A stretch of 64,000 nt of DNA from an uncultured Verrucomicrobiota bacterium. Lineage in GTDB: Bacteria; Verrucomicrobiota; Verrucomicrobiia; Limisphaerales; UBA9464. Positions 63,755 to 64,000 of this stretch are shown piece after piece (the first letter of the stretch is position 1; every line of letters begins with the position of its first letter). Both the position numbers and the translations under genes were made by a program. The stretch lies in NCBI GenBank assembly GCA_903907925.1, contig CAIVQB010000015.1, forward strand, positions 1,203 to 65,202. The letters run 5' to 3'. The notes below the pieces were generated by a model. The model searched no databases, was not told where the DNA came from, and saw nothing but the letters and a program-made list of their open reading frames with translations.

Positions 63755-64000
63755 CTACTGCGCTGGTGTTGGATCCGTGCTGGTGGAAGCGTGTTTCTCC
63801 GAGGTTGATTTTGCCTCTGAAGGGGGGTGTGCACCGAAGTGAACCTTTTGAGCCATCTCGGCACTGTGGAAGTTCCGCAGGTGTCCGTAGGTTCTCATGC
63901 ACAATGCTCCACCGTCCTTGTGCCCCAGCCAGCGGCTTACGGTTGGAATATCGACCCCGGCTTCAATGCATCGGGTTGCGAAGAGGTGACGAAGGTCGTG
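63755..64000 (-). CDS. tyrosine recombinase / phage-type integrase, C-terminal fragment (5' end outside the window)
   Basis: I translated this frame by hand; it is not in the ORF track because it has no start in the window. It reads HDLRHLFATRCIEAGVDIPTVSRWLGHKDGGALCMRTYGHL, containing the HxxR box and the catalytic Tyr context. Stop TAG at 63755-63757. Confidence 0.8.
   Translation of the reverse strand, partial: HDLRHLFATRCIEAGVDIPTVSRWLGHKDGGALCMRTYGHLRNFHSAEMAQKVHFGAHPPSEAKSTSEKHASTSTDPTPAQ

Larger units (their letters stand above)
61956..64000. mobile_element. left part of a putative integrated element / genomic island (extends beyond the window)
   Basis: GC drops visibly from ~61960. 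The segment holds an orphan secreted protein gene with a Shine-Dalgarno site, an AlpA/Xis-like HTH gene and a partial tyrosine integrase gene. Boundaries are not defined. Confidence 0.4.

Noticed and set aside
63597-63902. 101-aa ORF in the track overlapping the 3' end of the integrase region.
   Set aside because: It is in a different frame from the hand-translated integrase C-terminus, which carries the HxxR and catalytic Tyr motifs. The track ORF has no motifs and is considered spurious.

Overview
This is a high-GC chromosomal segment (by eye roughly 60-65 percent GC). Its gene content is typical of the PVC superphylum, most likely Verrucomicrobiota. The markers are a giant PSCyt/DUF1549/DUF1553 protein, a Tat-signal DUF1501 protein, an exosortase plus a PEP-CTERM cargo gene, a lamin-tail-domain protein, LL-diaminopimelate aminotransferase, a sulfatase and ECF sigma modules. 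I call about 55 protein genes, one tRNA-Gly(UCC), three clear bidirectional or intrinsic terminators, and several short repeat families. Housekeeping genes: rnhB-yraN, glgA, serS, a DUF47/PiT phosphate transporter pair, tonB-exbB-exbD-exbD, rex, dapL, aroE, a prepilin peptidase, and proS. The most unusual feature is a single 1133-aa ORF (39001..42402). It fuses 2-oxoacid dehydrogenase E1 alpha, E1 beta, a lipoyl-attachment domain and a complete FabH-type ketoacyl synthase III, and no E2 catalytic core or E3 lies nearby. This suggests a self-contained module that primes fatty-acid or polyketide synthesis from a 2-oxoacid. Other items worth a second look: an AT-richer island at the right edge (31-bp palindrome, orphan secreted protein, Xis/AlpA-like HTH, partial tyrosine integrase); an anti-sigma::vWA fusion; a split cardiolipin-synthase-like pair; a prepilin peptidase with a ~100-aa insertion; a Gly/Pro-rich insertion inside a planctomycete-cytochrome-c domain; an 8-bp tandem repeat in a divergent promoter; and a dispersed ~75-100 nt intergenic repeat. 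All functional calls rest on motif recognition in the supplied translations and on reading the DNA. No database search, HMM scan or folding calculation was run. Many long ORFs in the track are antisense or alternative-frame artefacts of the high GC and were not called.
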